The translations under genes and the position numbers were made by a program. A stretch of 64,000 nucleotides of DNA from an uncultured Pseudomonadales bacterium. GTDB taxonomy: Bacteria > Patescibacteriota > Microgenomatia > UBA1400 > UBA12108. How positions within the stretch are numbered: the first letter of the stretch is position 1; each line of letters starts with the position of its first letter. The stretch spans positions 45 through 64,044 of the forward strand of contig CAZGNX010000001.1 in NCBI GenBank assembly GCA_964527065.1, in the 5' to 3' direction. The notes beneath the pieces were generated by a model, which did not search any database, was not told where the DNA came from, and saw nothing but the letters and a program-made list of their open reading frames with translations. Shown in pieces: positions 63,023 to 64,000 of this stretch.

Positions 63023-64000
63023 ATGTGGCTACGGGTAGGGCCATTCCTCGTTGTCATGTTTTTTATCCTGCTCTCCGACGCCATTCTCTCTGATTTTGTC
63101 CCTGGCTATATCCAGGAGATTGTAGGATCTCCCCTTGGCATGGGACTCGTAATGGCGACTTCCTCGGTTGTTGGATTGCTGGTGGATCTGGTCTTTCCAC
63201 AACTTTTGAGAAGTACTAGTGTAAGCAAATTGGCACTTATGGCGATGTTTTTTGCGAGCTTATTCCTCATAACACTCTTGGTCTCAACCTGGATACCCTA
63301 TGTGTGGCTGTTGGTTATTGGGATGGCAGCGTGGGGAATCTACTACGAACTTGATGCGTTTATGACCAGACAGTTTGTGACCGATGTGGCTCCCTCACAT
63401 AGTCGAAGCTCGGTGTGGGGAGTGGTGGGGACCTTCCGCAATCTCGCCTATTTCTTGGGTCCTCTTCTTGGTGCCCAGATTATATGGAGTGGAAATCGGG
63501 GAGTTGTGATAGTGGCGGGTGTCGTTTTGATTGTGGCTTATGTGTTCTTTTTGTGGATGAGACTTGCGCAGTTGGAGAGCGATGATGATACTCCACACGG
63601 AGTGCATCTCTTAGCCGAAATTCAGCACTGGGTTAGCCTCGAACAACATGTTTGGCCAGTCCTCATTATGAGTTTTATGGCTGGGCTCATTGATGCTAGT
63701 TTTTGGACCACCGGAACAGTGGTCACAGATGTACTAGCTGAGACACACCCTGCTGGAGGGTGGTTTTTGTCACTGTATATGCTACCCTCACTCTTTATCG
63801 GATTTATTATCGCCAAGTGGGGTGTTTATCAGGGAAAGAAGCGGTGGGCAGAAGTGTTTTTGGCACTAGGTGGGTTAGTACTCATGGGGGTTAACTTAGT
63901 AGACTCTCTGTGGTGGGTACTCAGCGTGGTTTTGTTATCAAGCGCCCTCTTTGGTATGTCGTGGCCACTGGTCGATGCCGTCTACTCCGACTTTATGGCG
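63023..64000 (+). CDS. MFS-type transporter (partial, runs off the window end)
   Basis: Hand-translated from the ATG at 63023: polytopic 'MWLRVGPFLVVMFFILLSDAIL...'. No stop before 64000. Absent from the ORF track because it is incomplete. Confidence 0.55.
   Translation, partial: MWLRVGPFLVVMFFILLSDAILSDFVPGYIQEIVGSPLGMGLVMATSSVVGLLVDLVFPQLLRSTSVSKLALMAMFFASLFLITLLVSTWIPYVWLLVIGMAAWGIYYELDAFMTRQFVTDVAPSHSRSSVWGVVGTFRNLAYFLGPLLGAQIIWSGNRGVVIVAGVVLIVAYVFFLWMRLAQLESDDDTPHGVHLLAEIQHWVSLEQHVWPVLIMSFMAGLIDASFWTTGTVVTDVLAETHPAGGWFLSLYMLPSLFIGFIIAKWGVYQGKKRWAEVFLALGGLVLMGVNLVDSLWWVLSVVLLSSALFGMSWPLVDAVYSDFMA

Noticed and set aside
1-64000. Alternative genetic code (UGA=Gly, code 25) as used by some CPR lineages
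   Set aside because: TGA is used as a functional stop in ATGA gene junctions (35264, 41702) and at several gene ends. All long ORFs are intact under code 11.

Overview
This 64-kb window reads as a chromosomal origin region of a small-genome bacterium. The gene content points to the Candidate Phyla Radiation / Patescibacteria, but that is an inference, not something I could confirm. Supporting features: a minimal Suf system with an intein-containing SufB, an archaeal-type isopentenyl phosphate kinase, DUF4012, glycogen synthase plus a short phosphorylase, and a type IV secretion (T4SS)-like locus. The standard code 11 is in use: TGA serves as a stop, including in ATGA overlaps such as 35264 and 41702.

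From the left, the window has small housekeeping and accessory genes: a VOC-family protein, RidA, a YdeN/RBBP9 hydrolase, a VapBC toxin-antitoxin pair, rplY, a large DUF4012 envelope protein, rnhA, and a Wzx-like flippase with an O-antigen-ligase-like membrane protein. The classic origin block follows: jag-yidC-yidD-rnpA-rpmH on the minus strand, diverging from dnaA-dnaN, with DnaA boxes in both intergenic regions.

Directly abutting dnaN is an ~18-kb T4SS-like locus (16060-34473). Its genes are a VirB4 ATPase, a PrgI/VirB3-like protein, a 945-aa membrane protein ending in a CHAP peptidoglycan hydrolase, an orphan 1099-aa protein, a VirB6/TrbL-like polytopic protein, and an 879-aa secreted protein. 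The 879-aa protein combines a Cys-rich region, an SLT-like lytic transglycosylase motif and a C-terminal VirB2/TrbC-like pilin module. It is followed by a tandem array of seven paralogous small pilin-like genes with a divergent ECF sigma / anti-sigma pair. Two further pilin-like genes lie at 38.5-39.2 kb.

The giant pilin-fusion gene is preceded by an in-frame signal-peptide ORF that a TAG codon cuts off from it. That ORF contains a (GAAATAG)n heptanucleotide tandem repeat, which recurs inside the O-antigen-ligase-like gene. Related (AGTATAG)n-type heptamer repeats build the signal-peptide codons of other pilin paralogs. This looks like a candidate contingency or phase-variable surface system.

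Downstream lie an idi / Nudix-like / IPK / uppS isoprenoid operon, a SpoIID-like protein, smpB with a convergent tmRNA candidate, comFC, glgA-glgP, two tandem SGNH hydrolases, and two class-II tRNAs. One tRNA is Ser(GCU) and the other has an odd ACU anticodon. Next to them sits an AT-rich HTH/LAGLIDADG-like gene. The window ends with FkbM methyltransferase, hpf, sufCB(intein)D-like-SU, tsaD, HIT, a tsaC-tsaE fusion and a truncated MFS transporter.
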